Positions 47,064 to 56,427 of a DNA stretch of 64,000 bases are shown here, in pieces. Source of the DNA: Candidatus Omnitrophota bacterium (GTDB lineage Bacteria; CAIJMQ01); contig JAHJCU010000005.1 of NCBI GenBank assembly GCA_018812925.1, forward strand, positions 145,955-209,954, given 5' to 3'. The translations under genes and the position numbers were made by a program. Position 1 is the stretch's first letter. Each line of letters starts with the position of its first letter. The notes under the pieces are model-generated. The model had not been told where the DNA came from. It was given only the letters and a program-made list of their open reading frames with translations, and searched no databases.

Positions 47064-48272
47064 TTATTTCTTTTTTTTCTGCTTTTCTAATATTTTAAGA
47101 GCTTGTATCTTTTGCGGAAGCCCGAAAAGTTCTATGAATCCTTTAGCGGATTGGTGATTAAAAATATCTTCCGGAGAATATGTCGCCATTTTCGTATTAT
47201 AAAGCGAATTTGGTGAATTTCTTCCTACTACAATACAGTTGGCTTTGTGTAATTTTAATGTAACTTCGCCGGTTGTATTCTCGTGTATTTTTTCTAAAAA
47301 TGAGTCAAGCGCTTCTTTTAAATCGGAATACCACAGGCCATAATAGACCAACTGGGCATATTTGCTGGAAATAACTTCCTTAAAATGTGTAGTTTCTCTG
47401 TCAAGAGTTAGGTTTTCTATTTCTCCTAAAGCTTTATGGAGCATAACTGCAGCAGGTGCTTCATATAGTTCTCTGCTTTTTATCCCAACGAGTCTGTCTT
47501 CTACCATATCAATTCTTCCTATGCCGTGTTTTGCACCTATACTATTAAGTTCTACGATAAGCGCAGATAATTCATATTTATTGCCGTCGAGCTTCTTAGG
47601 GATACCGTTTTCAAAGTATATTTTTATATATTGAGGCTTGTCGGGGGTCTTATCTATCGGATTTGTTTTATCCCATGCATCTTCCGGTGGTTCTTGATCG
47701 GGGTCTTCTAGAACACCGCATTCTATAGAAGTGCCCCAGATGTTTTTATCTATGCTGTAGGGACTTTTTTTCGTGGTTGAAACGGGGATATGATGTTTTT
47801 TCGCATATTCTATTTCTTCTTCCCTTGATTTAAGTTCCCATTCTCTTAGGGGAGCTATGATTTTTAAATTTGGGGCAAAAGAAAAGATTGTCAACTCAAA
47901 TCTTACCTGGTCGTTGCCTTTTCCGGTGCAACCGTGAGCTACGGCATCCGCCTTTTCTTTTCTAGCTATTTCTACCAATCCACTCGCGATTAAAGGTCTT
48001 GAAAGCGCCGTGGCAAGGGGATATTTCCCTTCATATAAAGCGCCTGCTTTTAGTGTGGGTGCTATAAATTCATTTGCGAATTCTTTTTTTAAATCTTCAA
48101 CATATACCTTAAATGCTCCCGTGCTTTTCGCTTTTTTTTCTATTTCACTCTTATTAATTTCATCTCCAATAGTAGCGGTATATGTTATGACTTTTGCTTT
48201 ATATTTATCTTTAAGCCATTTTAAGGCAACGGAAGTATCTAACCCACCAGAATAAGCAAGTACTATTTTCAT
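47064..48272 (-). CDS. argG: Argininosuccinate synthase
   Basis: LAYSGGLDTS, HGCTGKGNDQVRFE and GIKSRE. Confidence 0.98.
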   Translation of the reverse strand: MKIVLAYSGGLDTSVALKWLKDKYKAKVITYTATIGDEINKSEIEKKAKSTGAFKVYVEDLKKEFANEFIAPTLKAGALYEGKYPLATALSRPLIASGLVEIARKEKADAVAHGCTGKGNDQVRFELTIFSFAPNLKIIAPLREWELKSREEEIEYAKKHHIPVSTTKKSPYSIDKNIWGTSIECGVLEDPDQEPPEDAWDKTNPIDKTPDKPQYIKIYFENGIPKKLDGNKYELSALIVELNSIGAKHGIGRIDMVEDRLVGIKSRELYEAPAAVMLHKALGEIENLTLDRETTHFKEVISSKYAQLVYYGLWYSDLKEALDSFLEKIHENTTGEVTLKLHKANCIVVGRNSPNSLYNTKMATYSPEDIFNHQSAKGFIELFGLPQKIQALKILEKQKKKK

Positions 48273-48294
48273 TTACTCCTCCATTAAAAATTAA

Positions 48295-48403
48295 CATAGA
48301 AACACAATAGATATATACATAGAAATATATGGAAATAAATCGAAATATGTTGTCTGTCCACCACGTATTTCTACCATATTTCTACGCATATCTATATATT
48401 TCC
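48295..48403. repeat. Palindromic 11-nt-period element family C, copy 2
   Basis: atagaaa/atagata/atggaaa arms, core gttgtctgtccaccacg, then tatttcta arms. Confidence 0.8.
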
Positions 48404-48409
48404 TTTTTA

Positions 48410-48966
48410 TTATTTAGTATTAATAAGCCCTATTATATATCTCTCAGTCTCTTTTGCCAATTCATTCGAATTTATAAGTACTGAAAGTTCATTATTTTTT
48501 GATAATCCGGAATATGTCCAATTATGACTTCCTATTATTGTATACCTTGAATCTATGAATCTATCACTATTGTTTTTGTATGAGTCAGCGTTTCAACGCT
48601 ATTGTAATAAACTTTTACTCCTTTTTTCGAAAGGATTTTGCCGGTCTTCTGATTTTCCTTTGTGCTCTCCTCATCTCGGGAAATATCAAGCAAAACGGTT
48701 ACATCTACCCCCCTTTTCTTTGCTTCTATCAAAGCATTTACAAAGATATTGGACGGGGATTTTGGATATTGGGAATAATATTTAAAAGAATACATCGCAA
48801 CAAAGATAGATTTGGTTGCAGAATTAAATAGCGAATTAATTGTTTTACAATATTGTTCGGAAGTCAGCAATTCTACGTTTTCCGCCGTAAGTGCACAGAC
48901 GCTGGCTTGTTGCAGTAAAAATAAAAGAAAGAAGGTTATAAATAAAATCTTAAACTTTTGTGCCAT
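48410..48966 (-). pseudogene. Secreted PLD-family (Nuc-like) nuclease disrupted by an 8-bp duplication
   Basis: HTKTIVID motif, then TGAATCTA x2 at 48548-48563 creates a stop. Removing one copy restores SRYTIIGSHNWT...NNE and a 183-codon ORF. Confidence 0.88.
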
Positions 48967-49886
48967 TATTTTCCCAAAAGCAAAACCAACAACGCTTTTT
49001 GCGCGTGTAATTTGTTTTCTGCCTGTTCCCATACAATAGAGTGTGTGCCATCCAGCACTTCTGAAGTTATCTCTTCACCTCTATGAGCGGGCAAACAATG
49101 CATAACAAGAACGTGCTTTTTGGCTGCCTTGACAAGTTTTTCGTTTATCTGGAAATCTCTGAAAGCGTTTAATCTTGCTTTTTTCTGTTCCTCTTCGCCC
49201 ATGGAAACCCACACATCCGTATAAATTACATCCGCGTTTTTGACCGCCTCTATAGGATTACTTAATAGTTTGATTTTGCATTTCGGATTTATTTTTTGCG
49301 CGTCTTCCAAAATTCCTGAGCTTGGCTCATATCCTTTGGGAGAAGAAATGGTCAAGTTAATACCTGTTTTTGCCGAGCCGTATATCAATGAATTACAAAC
49401 ATTATTCCCGGCTCCTATATAAGTCAATTTTACATCTTCCAATTTACCGACTTTTTCTTTTATAGTAAACATATCTGATAAAATCTGACACGGATGGGAA
49501 AAATCAGATAAAGCATTTATCACGGGAATTGAAGAATTCTCAGCCAATTTAGTCAGATTGTCGTGGTTATATGTTCTTACAGCTAGAGCATCAAGATAAA
49601 GCGAGAAAATCTTTGCCGCATCGGATAGGGTTTCGCCTCTTTTTAACTGGAGTTGTTCGGATTGTAAAAACAATGAATTCCCGCCGAGTTCTCTTATGGC
49701 TATTTCAAAAGATATTCTCGTTCTTGTGGATAGTTTCTCAAATAAAAGCCCCAGGCTTTTTCCATCCAATAAATGGATAATCTTTTCCCCTCTTTTTCTT
49801 CTGATTTTTAATTCCGAAGCCATTTGAAAAAGAAGATTAATGTCTTGTTTATTTATATCTTTAATAGAAAGCAAATTTTTATTCAT
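48966..49886 (-). CDS. argF: Ornithine carbamoyltransferase
   Basis: STRTR, HPCQ, YTDVWVSMG and HCLPAHRGEE. Confidence 0.97.
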   Translation of the reverse strand: MNKNLLSIKDINKQDINLLFQMASELKIRRKRGEKIIHLLDGKSLGLLFEKLSTRTRISFEIAIRELGGNSLFLQSEQLQLKRGETLSDAAKIFSLYLDALAVRTYNHDNLTKLAENSSIPVINALSDFSHPCQILSDMFTIKEKVGKLEDVKLTYIGAGNNVCNSLIYGSAKTGINLTISSPKGYEPSSGILEDAQKINPKCKIKLLSNPIEAVKNADVIYTDVWVSMGEEEQKKARLNAFRDFQINEKLVKAAKKHVLVMHCLPAHRGEEITSEVLDGTHSIVWEQAENKLHAQKALLVLLLGK

Positions 49887-49890
49887 GGTT

Positions 49891-51078
49891 TTATTTTAGG
49901 TTAGTCAATACTTCTTCAAGAATCTTTATCCCTTCATCGATTTCTTTTTTCTGCACGATAAGAGGAGGAACAAATCTTAATACATTTTCGCCTGCTGTTC
50001 CTATGAGCAAACCCTTCTCCATGCATTTTAATAATATACCTCTTGCTCCGTTAGCAACAGGGGCAATTTCCATCCCCAACATTAGCCCTTTACCTCTTAC
50101 TTCTTTTATGAACGGATATTTACTTTTTAAACTGTTTAATTTGTCCTTAAAATAATCTCCCATCTTGCCAGCGTTATCAATCAGATTATCTCCCAACATT
50201 GTTTTTAATGTTACAACTGCGGCTTTTGTCGCAAGAGGATTTCCTCCAAAAGTCGCCGCATGATTGCCGGGACTAATACAGGAAGAAACTTTTTCGTTTG
50301 CGATTACGGCTCCTATAGGGACTCCTCCTCCCAACGATTTAGCAAGCGTAACCATGTCAGGTGTTATCCCGTAATATTCGTAAGCAAAGAGTTTGCCCGT
50401 TCTTCCCATTCCGCACTGGACCTCATCCAGAATGAGGAGTATATCGTTCTCATCGCAGAGTAATCTTACTTGTTTAAGGAATTCTTTTTTTGCGGGATTT
50501 ATGCCGCTTTCTCCCTGTACCGGTTCAATAAGTATTGCGCAAGTTTTGTCAGTAATAAGATTTTTGACGGATTCTATATTATTAAACTCTGCATATTTAA
50601 AACCCGGCAGTAACGGCTCAAACCCTTTATGGAATTTATCCTGCCCTGTTGCAGTAAGCGCTCCGTAAGTTCTGCCGTGAAAAGAACCGCTCATTGTGAT
50701 GATTTCGTACCTGCCCTGTCCGTATTTTCTTGCAAACTTGATAGCCGCTTCGTTTGCTTCTGCTCCTGAGTTACAGAAAAAACATTTTCCTGGGAAAGAG
50801 TTCTCAACGAGAATAGACGCCAATTCAATCTGATTTGGGATAAGGTATAAATTGGATGTGTGAATTAGTTTCTCAGCTTGTTCTTTAATTGCTTCAACCA
50901 ATTTGGGATGAGAATGTCCCAACCCACTAACCGCAATGCCGGAAAGAAAGTCTATATATTCTTTGCCTTCCACATCCCAAATCTTACATCCTTTTCCGTG
51001 AGAAAACGCAATAGTTTTCCCTGCGTATGTTGGGATAATATATTTTTGGTCTAATTTGATCATCTCTTGTGTATTCAT
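49891..51078 (-). CDS. argD: Acetylornithine aminotransferase
   Basis: NSGAEANEAA, SFHGRT, DEVQCGMGRTG and LAKSLGGG. Confidence 0.95.
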   Translation of the reverse strand: MNTQEMIKLDQKYIIPTYAGKTIAFSHGKGCKIWDVEGKEYIDFLSGIAVSGLGHSHPKLVEAIKEQAEKLIHTSNLYLIPNQIELASILVENSFPGKCFFCNSGAEANEAAIKFARKYGQGRYEIITMSGSFHGRTYGALTATGQDKFHKGFEPLLPGFKYAEFNNIESVKNLITDKTCAILIEPVQGESGINPAKKEFLKQVRLLCDENDILLILDEVQCGMGRTGKLFAYEYYGITPDMVTLAKSLGGGVPIGAVIANEKVSSCISPGNHAATFGGNPLATKAAVVTLKTMLGDNLIDNAGKMGDYFKDKLNSLKSKYPFIKEVRGKGLMLGMEIAPVANGARGILLKCMEKGLLIGTAGENVLRFVPPLIVQKKEIDEGIKILEEVLTNLK

Positions 51079-51099
51079 TTTTAATACGCCTCGCTATGT

Positions 51100-51180
51100 T
51101 CGTAACTGGTAAATCGTAAAGAGTAAAGCGTAATTTTAAATTACTATTTACCAATTACCATTTACCATTTACCATTTACG
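51100..51180. repeat. Palindromic heptamer element family A, copy 2
   Basis: cgtaact-ggtaaat-cgtaaag-agtaaag-cgtaatt, loop, then aattact-atttacc-aattacc-atttacc-atttacc-atttacg. Confidence 0.88.
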
Positions 51181-51187
51181 GGTTCTT

Positions 51188-52069
51188 TCATTTTGTTATC
51201 TCCGTTCCTACTCCTTTATCGGTAAATACTTCCAGAAGAATGCTATGCGAAATTCTTCCGTCTATTATATGTGTTTTCTTTACTCCGCCCAAAGTCGCTT
51301 TCTTGCAAGCGTTTACTTTTGGCATCATGCCGCCTTGAATAATCCCCTTTTTAATAAGTAAATCAATCTCAGATACCGGTATAGTAGAAATAAGCGTTCT
51401 TTCATCTTTAATATCTTTCAATATTCCGGGTTGGTTCGTGAGAATTATCATTTTCTCTGCTTTCAAAGCGATGGCAATTTCTGCGGCTACGATATCGGCG
51501 TTAATATTAAGCGTCATTCCGTTCTCTGTTACGCCTAATGGAGCGATTACCGGAATAAAACCTTCTCCGTTAGGCAAATTATTTTCGTTATCCAACGCCT
51601 TTATAATCGAAAGATTTATTTCTTCCACTTCTCCCACCCAGCCCAAGTCTTCCCCCTTTGAGGAATTGAGCTTTTTTGCTTTAATTAATTTACCGTCTTT
51701 TCCTGAAAGACCTACTGCGTGAGTTCCTGCCTGATTAATCAAACTAACAAGGTCTTTATTTATCTTTCCCAATACCATCTCAACGACTTCTACTGTTTCC
51801 TTGTCGGTTTTTCTCATTCCTTCTGAAAATTCCGCTTTTTTACCCAGTCTTTCCAATAAGTTAGTTACCTGCGGCCCTCCTCCGTGAATTAATACCGGCT
51901 TTATGCCGACAAATCTCATCAAAGCCATATCTTGGGCGATATTTTCTTTAACCTCTTCATTTGCTATGAGCTCACCGCCACATTTTATAACGATAACTTT
52001 ACCGTGAAATTGTCTTATATACGGCAATGCCTCTACAAGTATTTTCGCTCTATCAATCGCATTTTTCAT
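51188..52069 (-). CDS. argB: Acetylglutamate kinase
   Basis: EALPYI, VIKCGG, HGGGP, NINAD and GGMMPK. Confidence 0.97.
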   Translation of the reverse strand: MKNAIDRAKILVEALPYIRQFHGKVIVIKCGGELIANEEVKENIAQDMALMRFVGIKPVLIHGGGPQVTNLLERLGKKAEFSEGMRKTDKETVEVVEMVLGKINKDLVSLINQAGTHAVGLSGKDGKLIKAKKLNSSKGEDLGWVGEVEEINLSIIKALDNENNLPNGEGFIPVIAPLGVTENGMTLNINADIVAAEIAIALKAEKMIILTNQPGILKDIKDERTLISTIPVSEIDLLIKKGIIQGGMMPKVNACKKATLGGVKKTHIIDGRISHSILLEVFTDKGVGTEITK

Positions 52070-52071
52070 GG

Positions 52072-52404
52072 TTATTCTTTCCCATTTAATTTACCATCTT
52101 TTTTAAGATTCCCAACCCAAGATAACAAAAACGCTAAAACCAAATAGAAGATTATAGTTATCAATAATCCTGAAATACCATTAGGTGCAACGCCTATTCC
52201 TCCTCTCGAAAAATAGCTACCAAAACCTAAGGAATTTGCCAAACAAGCTGGTATGTAAAAGAACAAAATAACAAATCCCAAAGATCCAGGGAATTCTTGA
52301 GAAGTATTAGAAATTAATAATATAAGAGGAATTCCCAAAAACAATATTAAAAAAGATGTGAATAATCCCTTTCTTAATTTTGTGAACTTAAATATATTTA
52401 TCAT
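52072..52404 (-). CDS. Small membrane protein (3 predicted TM segments)
   Basis: Hydrophobic 110-aa ORF; ATGA overlap with the argJ stop; ends 2 nt before argB. Confidence 0.65.
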   Translation of the reverse strand: MINIFKFTKLRKGLFTSFLILFLGIPLILLISNTSQEFPGSLGFVILFFYIPACLANSLGFGSYFSRGGIGVAPNGISGLLITIIFYLVLAFLLSWVGNLKKDGKLNGKE

Positions 52405-53627
52405 GTCGTATAATGAGCATTTATTTTCACATATTCTTCCGTAAGGTCGCAAGTCCATACCGTGGTTTCTTTATCGCCGTGGTGCAAATCAACTTCAATA
52501 ATTATTGCATTCTCTTTTTTCAAAGAGACGGAAAGTTCCTTTTCATTATAATCAACAAATTTCCCTTTCTCTATCAAAGATGTCCCCTGTAATTTCAATG
52601 ATATTTTATCGGGGTTAAACTTCACCTTAACCGAACCCACAGCAGAAATTATTCTTCCCCAATTCGGGTCGGCGCCATACATAGCTGTCTTAACCAATGC
52701 AGAATTTGCAACTGCTTTCGCGGCTCTATGCGCATCCTTGTCATTCCAGGCGCCTTTAACTTTTACTTCTATAAGTTTGGTAGCTCCTTCTCCGTCGGAA
52801 GCCATTTTCTTCGCAAGTTCTTCGCATAAAAATGTAAGCGCTTGTGTAAACGCGGGAAAATTTTCACTTTTAGGTTTTATTCTCTCGTTTCTTGCCAAAC
52901 CGTTAGCCATTATGAGCACGGTATCATCGGGAGACATACACCCGTCAACCGTTAATCTGTTAAAAGATTTATTAACTGCAATATGCAACGATTCTTTGAG
53001 CGCGTCTTTGGATATGGACGCATCAGTCGTCAAAAATACAAGCATAGTCGCAACGTTGGGACAAATCATTCCCACGCCTTTTGCAATACCGCCGATTTTA
53101 ATCGTCTTGTTGCCTCTTCCCTTTATTCCCGTATCAATAGACAACTCTTTTGGCTTCGTATCTGTTGTCATTATCGCGGAAGCGGCAAGAACTCCGCCGT
53201 TGTAATTTAATTTTTCCACAGCTTCAATTATTCCCTTCTTAACTTTATCCATCGGCATTTTCTTACCTATAATGCCGGTTGATGACACCAAAACTTCTTC
53301 TTTTTTCACTCCCAAATTTTCAGCAGTTAAAGTAGCCATCTCCTCGGCGTCTTTAATCCCTTGTTCTCCGGTAGAAGCATTCGCATTACCGCTATTTACT
53401 ATAACAGCTCTGAAATTATCTCCATTTTTTAGATATTTCAAATCAACAATAACAGCCGCGCCTTTAAATTTATTTGTCGTAAACATCCCGGCGGTTAAAG
53501 CAGGGCCTTCGGAATATATAAGGGCTAAATCTTTTCCGCCCTTGTGTTTAATTCCGCAGGCTACACCCGAGGCTTTAAACCCCAAGGGTGCTGTAACCCC
53601 ACCTTCTATATTTTTAAATTTAAACAT
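52401..53627 (-). CDS. argJ: Bifunctional ornithine acetyltransferase / N-acetylglutamate synthase
   Basis: GFKASG, NSGNANA, STGIIG, IMTTDT, PNVATML, DGEGATK and NWGRI. Confidence 0.97.
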   Translation of the reverse strand: MFKFKNIEGGVTAPLGFKASGVACGIKHKGGKDLALIYSEGPALTAGMFTTNKFKGAAVIVDLKYLKNGDNFRAVIVNSGNANASTGEQGIKDAEEMATLTAENLGVKKEEVLVSSTGIIGKKMPMDKVKKGIIEAVEKLNYNGGVLAASAIMTTDTKPKELSIDTGIKGRGNKTIKIGGIAKGVGMICPNVATMLVFLTTDASISKDALKESLHIAVNKSFNRLTVDGCMSPDDTVLIMANGLARNERIKPKSENFPAFTQALTFLCEELAKKMASDGEGATKLIEVKVKGAWNDKDAHRAAKAVANSALVKTAMYGADPNWGRIISAVGSVKVKFNPDKISLKLQGTSLIEKGKFVDYNEKELSVSLKKENAIIIEVDLHHGDKETTVWTCDLTEEYVKINAHYTT

Positions 53628-53697
53628 ATATTTAACTATTATACGGTTAGGGCTACCTGCTTTGACGAGCAATGTGAGGCAGGCGATACCCGCTTTT

Positions 53698-53772
53698 TCG
53701 TAACTGGTAATCCGTAAATCGTAAAGCGTAATTTTGAAATTACTAATTACCGATTACCATTTACAATTTACG
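53698..53772. repeat. Palindromic heptamer element family A, copy 3
   Basis: cgtaact-ggtaatc-cgtaaat-cgtaaag-cgtaatt, loop, then aattact-aattacc-gattacc-atttaca-atttacg. Confidence 0.88.
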
Positions 53773-53849
53773 CAATGCAATTCGTCACCGTTATCCTTTA
53801 TCATTATGTTTCTACAATGCTATAATAACACTTATTTTTGAAATATTAA

Positions 53850-54719
53850 ATGGAGAATATTATGGAAGCGAAACTTATAGACGGCAAGGATATAGCCACA
53901 AAAATTAAAGAGGAACTAATACCTGAGCTGAAGGATATAAAAGCCAAAGGAATAATTCCCCGGCTTGAAGCGGTTATTGTGGGTGAGAATCAAGGGGCTA
54001 AGATATATGCAGGAAATCAGGACAAAGCGTGCAAGGAATTGAGTATTTCCTACAAACTCAATGAACTTCCTGAATCTACTTCACAAGACCAATTGATAGG
54101 TTTCATACAACAACTGAATGAAAATCCCAAAGTAACAGGGATTATATTACTGATGCCTGTGCCTTCCCATATAAATGCGCGGGAAGTTCAGATGAAGATT
54201 TGTCCTTCCAAAGATGTTGAGGGGATACATCCTTTCAATATTGGAAAACTTGTCTATGGCGAAGCGGTTATTGCTCCCTGTACTGCGCTTGCGGTTATGG
54301 AGCTCTTAAAAAGTACAAATGTTTGCCTAAAAGGTAAAGAAGTTGTAATAGTAGGACATTCGGAGATTATCGGCAAACCTTTAACTCTTCTTTTGCTTCA
54401 ATCCCGATTAGAATCTCCAACACCTACAATATGCCATATTGCCACTAAGGATTTGGCTTTTCATATAAAAAGAGCGGATATTCTTATCGTTGCGGTCGGT
54501 AAAGTAGGTCTAATAACAGGCGATATGCTCAAAGAAGGGGCTATCGTTATTGATGTGGGAATAAACAAAGTCGATGACAAAATAGTCGGTGATGTCGTTT
54601 TTGATGAAGCAGTAAAAAAAGCATCTTTTATAACTCCTGTTCCCGGTGGAGTTGGTCCTGTAACAACTGCAATGCTTCTAAAAAATACAGTGGAAGCGGC
54701 GAAGAATATCGGGAAATAG
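53850..54719 (+). CDS. folD: Methylenetetrahydrofolate dehydrogenase/cyclohydrolase FolD
   Basis: IDGK, KDVEG, PCT, VIDVGIN, GDV and TPVPGGVGP. Confidence 0.96.
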   Translation: MENIMEAKLIDGKDIATKIKEELIPELKDIKAKGIIPRLEAVIVGENQGAKIYAGNQDKACKELSISYKLNELPESTSQDQLIGFIQQLNENPKVTGIILLMPVPSHINAREVQMKICPSKDVEGIHPFNIGKLVYGEAVIAPCTALAVMELLKSTNVCLKGKEVVIVGHSEIIGKPLTLLLLQSRLESPTPTICHIATKDLAFHIKRADILIVAVGKVGLITGDMLKEGAIVIDVGINKVDDKIVGDVVFDEAVKKASFITPVPGGVGPVTTAMLLKNTVEAAKNIGK

Positions 54720-54833
54720 CTCAATCGTTTCCCAATGTGTAATATCCTCGCCCCATAAGTGTTCCCTCTTTTCCTTAGCAGCATTTCTGTATTTAAAATA
54801 GCGTTTGTAAATTTGATTATTTTAGAAGATAAT

Positions 54834-54861
54834 TCAAAGGATTTAACAGGCAATACGTCTA
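54834..54861 (+). promoter_or_regulatory. Candidate ECF-sigma autoregulatory promoter
   Basis: TCAAAG-N16-CGTCTA, about 40 nt upstream of the ECF gene; resembles AAC-N16-CGT ECF promoters. Confidence 0.35.
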
Positions 54862-54899
54862 ACCAAGTGAAAATGCTAAATTACTTCAAGGAGTGATTA

Positions 54900-55463
54900 G
54901 TGGAAAAAGAGCAAGATATAATACTGGTTCAGAAAGCGAAAGAAGGCGATAAAGATGCATTTTGCGAATTAGTGAAAAAATATAAAAGACAAGTTTATTT
55001 CGTCGCTTATAGAATGACTAATAATCACTTTGAAGCCGACGACCTTTCACAAGAGGCTTTTGTCAAAGCATATGAATCTATAGGTAACTTCAAAGAAAAA
55101 TCTGCTTTTTCTACATGGATATACAGAATAATTACTAATATGACAATTGACTATATTAGGAAAAACAGAACAAAACAAGTATTTGAATTAGATGAAAATA
55201 TATCTATAAAAAATAGCTATTACATCAATAATCCGATAGAAGAACGTGAATTACATAAAGAAATAAAGAAAGCTATAGGGTCTTTGCCATTAGAGCAAAG
55301 AGCAGTAGTGGAATTATCTATACTTGAGGGGTTAACTCATAAAAAAATAGCAGAAATTTTAGATTGTCCTGAGAAGACAGTATCCTGGCGTTTATTTCAA
55401 GCAAGAAATAAACTTAAGGAAAAGTTAGAGATATATAGGGAGGTGAACAGAAATGAATTGTGA
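54900..55463 (+). CDS. ECF RNA polymerase sigma factor
   Basis: ADDLSQEAF, FSTWIYRI..N, and region 4 LPLEQR..GLTHKKIAEIL...TVSWRL..AR. Confidence 0.95.
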   Translation: MEKEQDIILVQKAKEGDKDAFCELVKKYKRQVYFVAYRMTNNHFEADDLSQEAFVKAYESIGNFKEKSAFSTWIYRIITNMTIDYIRKNRTKQVFELDENISIKNSYYINNPIEERELHKEIKKAIGSLPLEQRAVVELSILEGLTHKKIAEILDCPEKTVSWRLFQARNKLKEKLEIYREVNRNEL

Positions 55464-56427
55464 AGAAGTTAAAAAGATATTATCGGATTATCTGGCTGAT
55501 TCATTAAATTCGGATTATAACAACGAAATCAAAGGACATCTTGATGAGTGCAAAGAATGTACAGATTGTTTTAGAGCTTTAGTCGAAACAGACAATATAG
55601 TAAAACTTATTGCTAATGAGGAACCTTCCGAAGAATACTGGGACAACTATTTGCCAAAATTTAAAAGTAAGTTAGGTAAAGATTCAACTCCGAAACTATC
55701 TGAAAATAGAAGTCCGTTTCATCTCTTTACACCTAAATTTTCATTTGTTTTTAATGGAGTTTTACTAGCATTTCTGATTCTCTTAGGTGCTCTTCTTTAC
55801 AGAAATAATCAACAGACGAAATTGTTGCAGATTGCTCTATTAGAAAAACAAGCGGAGACAATACATCCTAAAACTACGACAGAATTTATTATGCCTGTAG
55901 TATCAAGGCAAGCGATTCATGAAGATACTATGAAGAATACCAAGCTCTTTCAAGAAATAAGTGATATGTTCCCCAAAACGATTCAGTGGGTAGTTGCAAG
56001 TGATGGGCAAATTGAGTTGGGGCTTAGTAAAAACACATTGGCATCGAAAGCAATTACAGAAGAATCACAACCGATATTTCTGAAATTTAATATTATGAGA
56101 ACTGCTGAGACCCCGGAGCTTGTTTCTTCTGCAAGCATGATGGTGTTAAATGGTAATGAAGTTAATGCTAAGTTATGGGGAGTATCAGAAACAGACTATA
56201 CAACTTATAGATATCATTGTTTACCTTTATTAAGAACAGACGGAAAAATTGATGTTCGCATCAGGGTATCTCTCGATAATACCAGCTTAGAAACCGAGCT
56301 TACTGCAAATGAAGGGGACAATGTAGAAGTAGGCAGATTAAGAAAAGCAGACGCAGAATATTCTATTTATCTCAACGTTGTTTCTAAAGGTATTGATATT
56401 GTTAAAACTGAGGATATGGGGATATGA
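55453..56427 (+). CDS. Zinc-finger (zf-HC2) transmembrane anti-sigma factor
   Basis: MNCEEV...HLDECKEC; one TM segment; periplasmic C-terminus; overlaps the sigma gene. Confidence 0.88.
   Translation: MNCEEVKKILSDYLADSLNSDYNNEIKGHLDECKECTDCFRALVETDNIVKLIANEEPSEEYWDNYLPKFKSKLGKDSTPKLSENRSPFHLFTPKFSFVFNGVLLAFLILLGALLYRNNQQTKLLQIALLEKQAETIHPKTTTEFIMPVVSRQAIHEDTMKNTKLFQEISDMFPKTIQWVVASDGQIELGLSKNTLASKAITEESQPIFLKFNIMRTAETPELVSSASMMVLNGNEVNAKLWGVSETDYTTYRYHCLPLLRTDGKIDVRIRVSLDNTSLETELTANEGDNVEVGRLRKADAEYSIYLNVVSKGIDIVKTEDMGI

Noticed and set aside
12150-53772. Repeat arrays as CRISPR arrays
   Set aside because: Units are 7 or 11 nt and degenerate, with no unique spacers and no cas genes.
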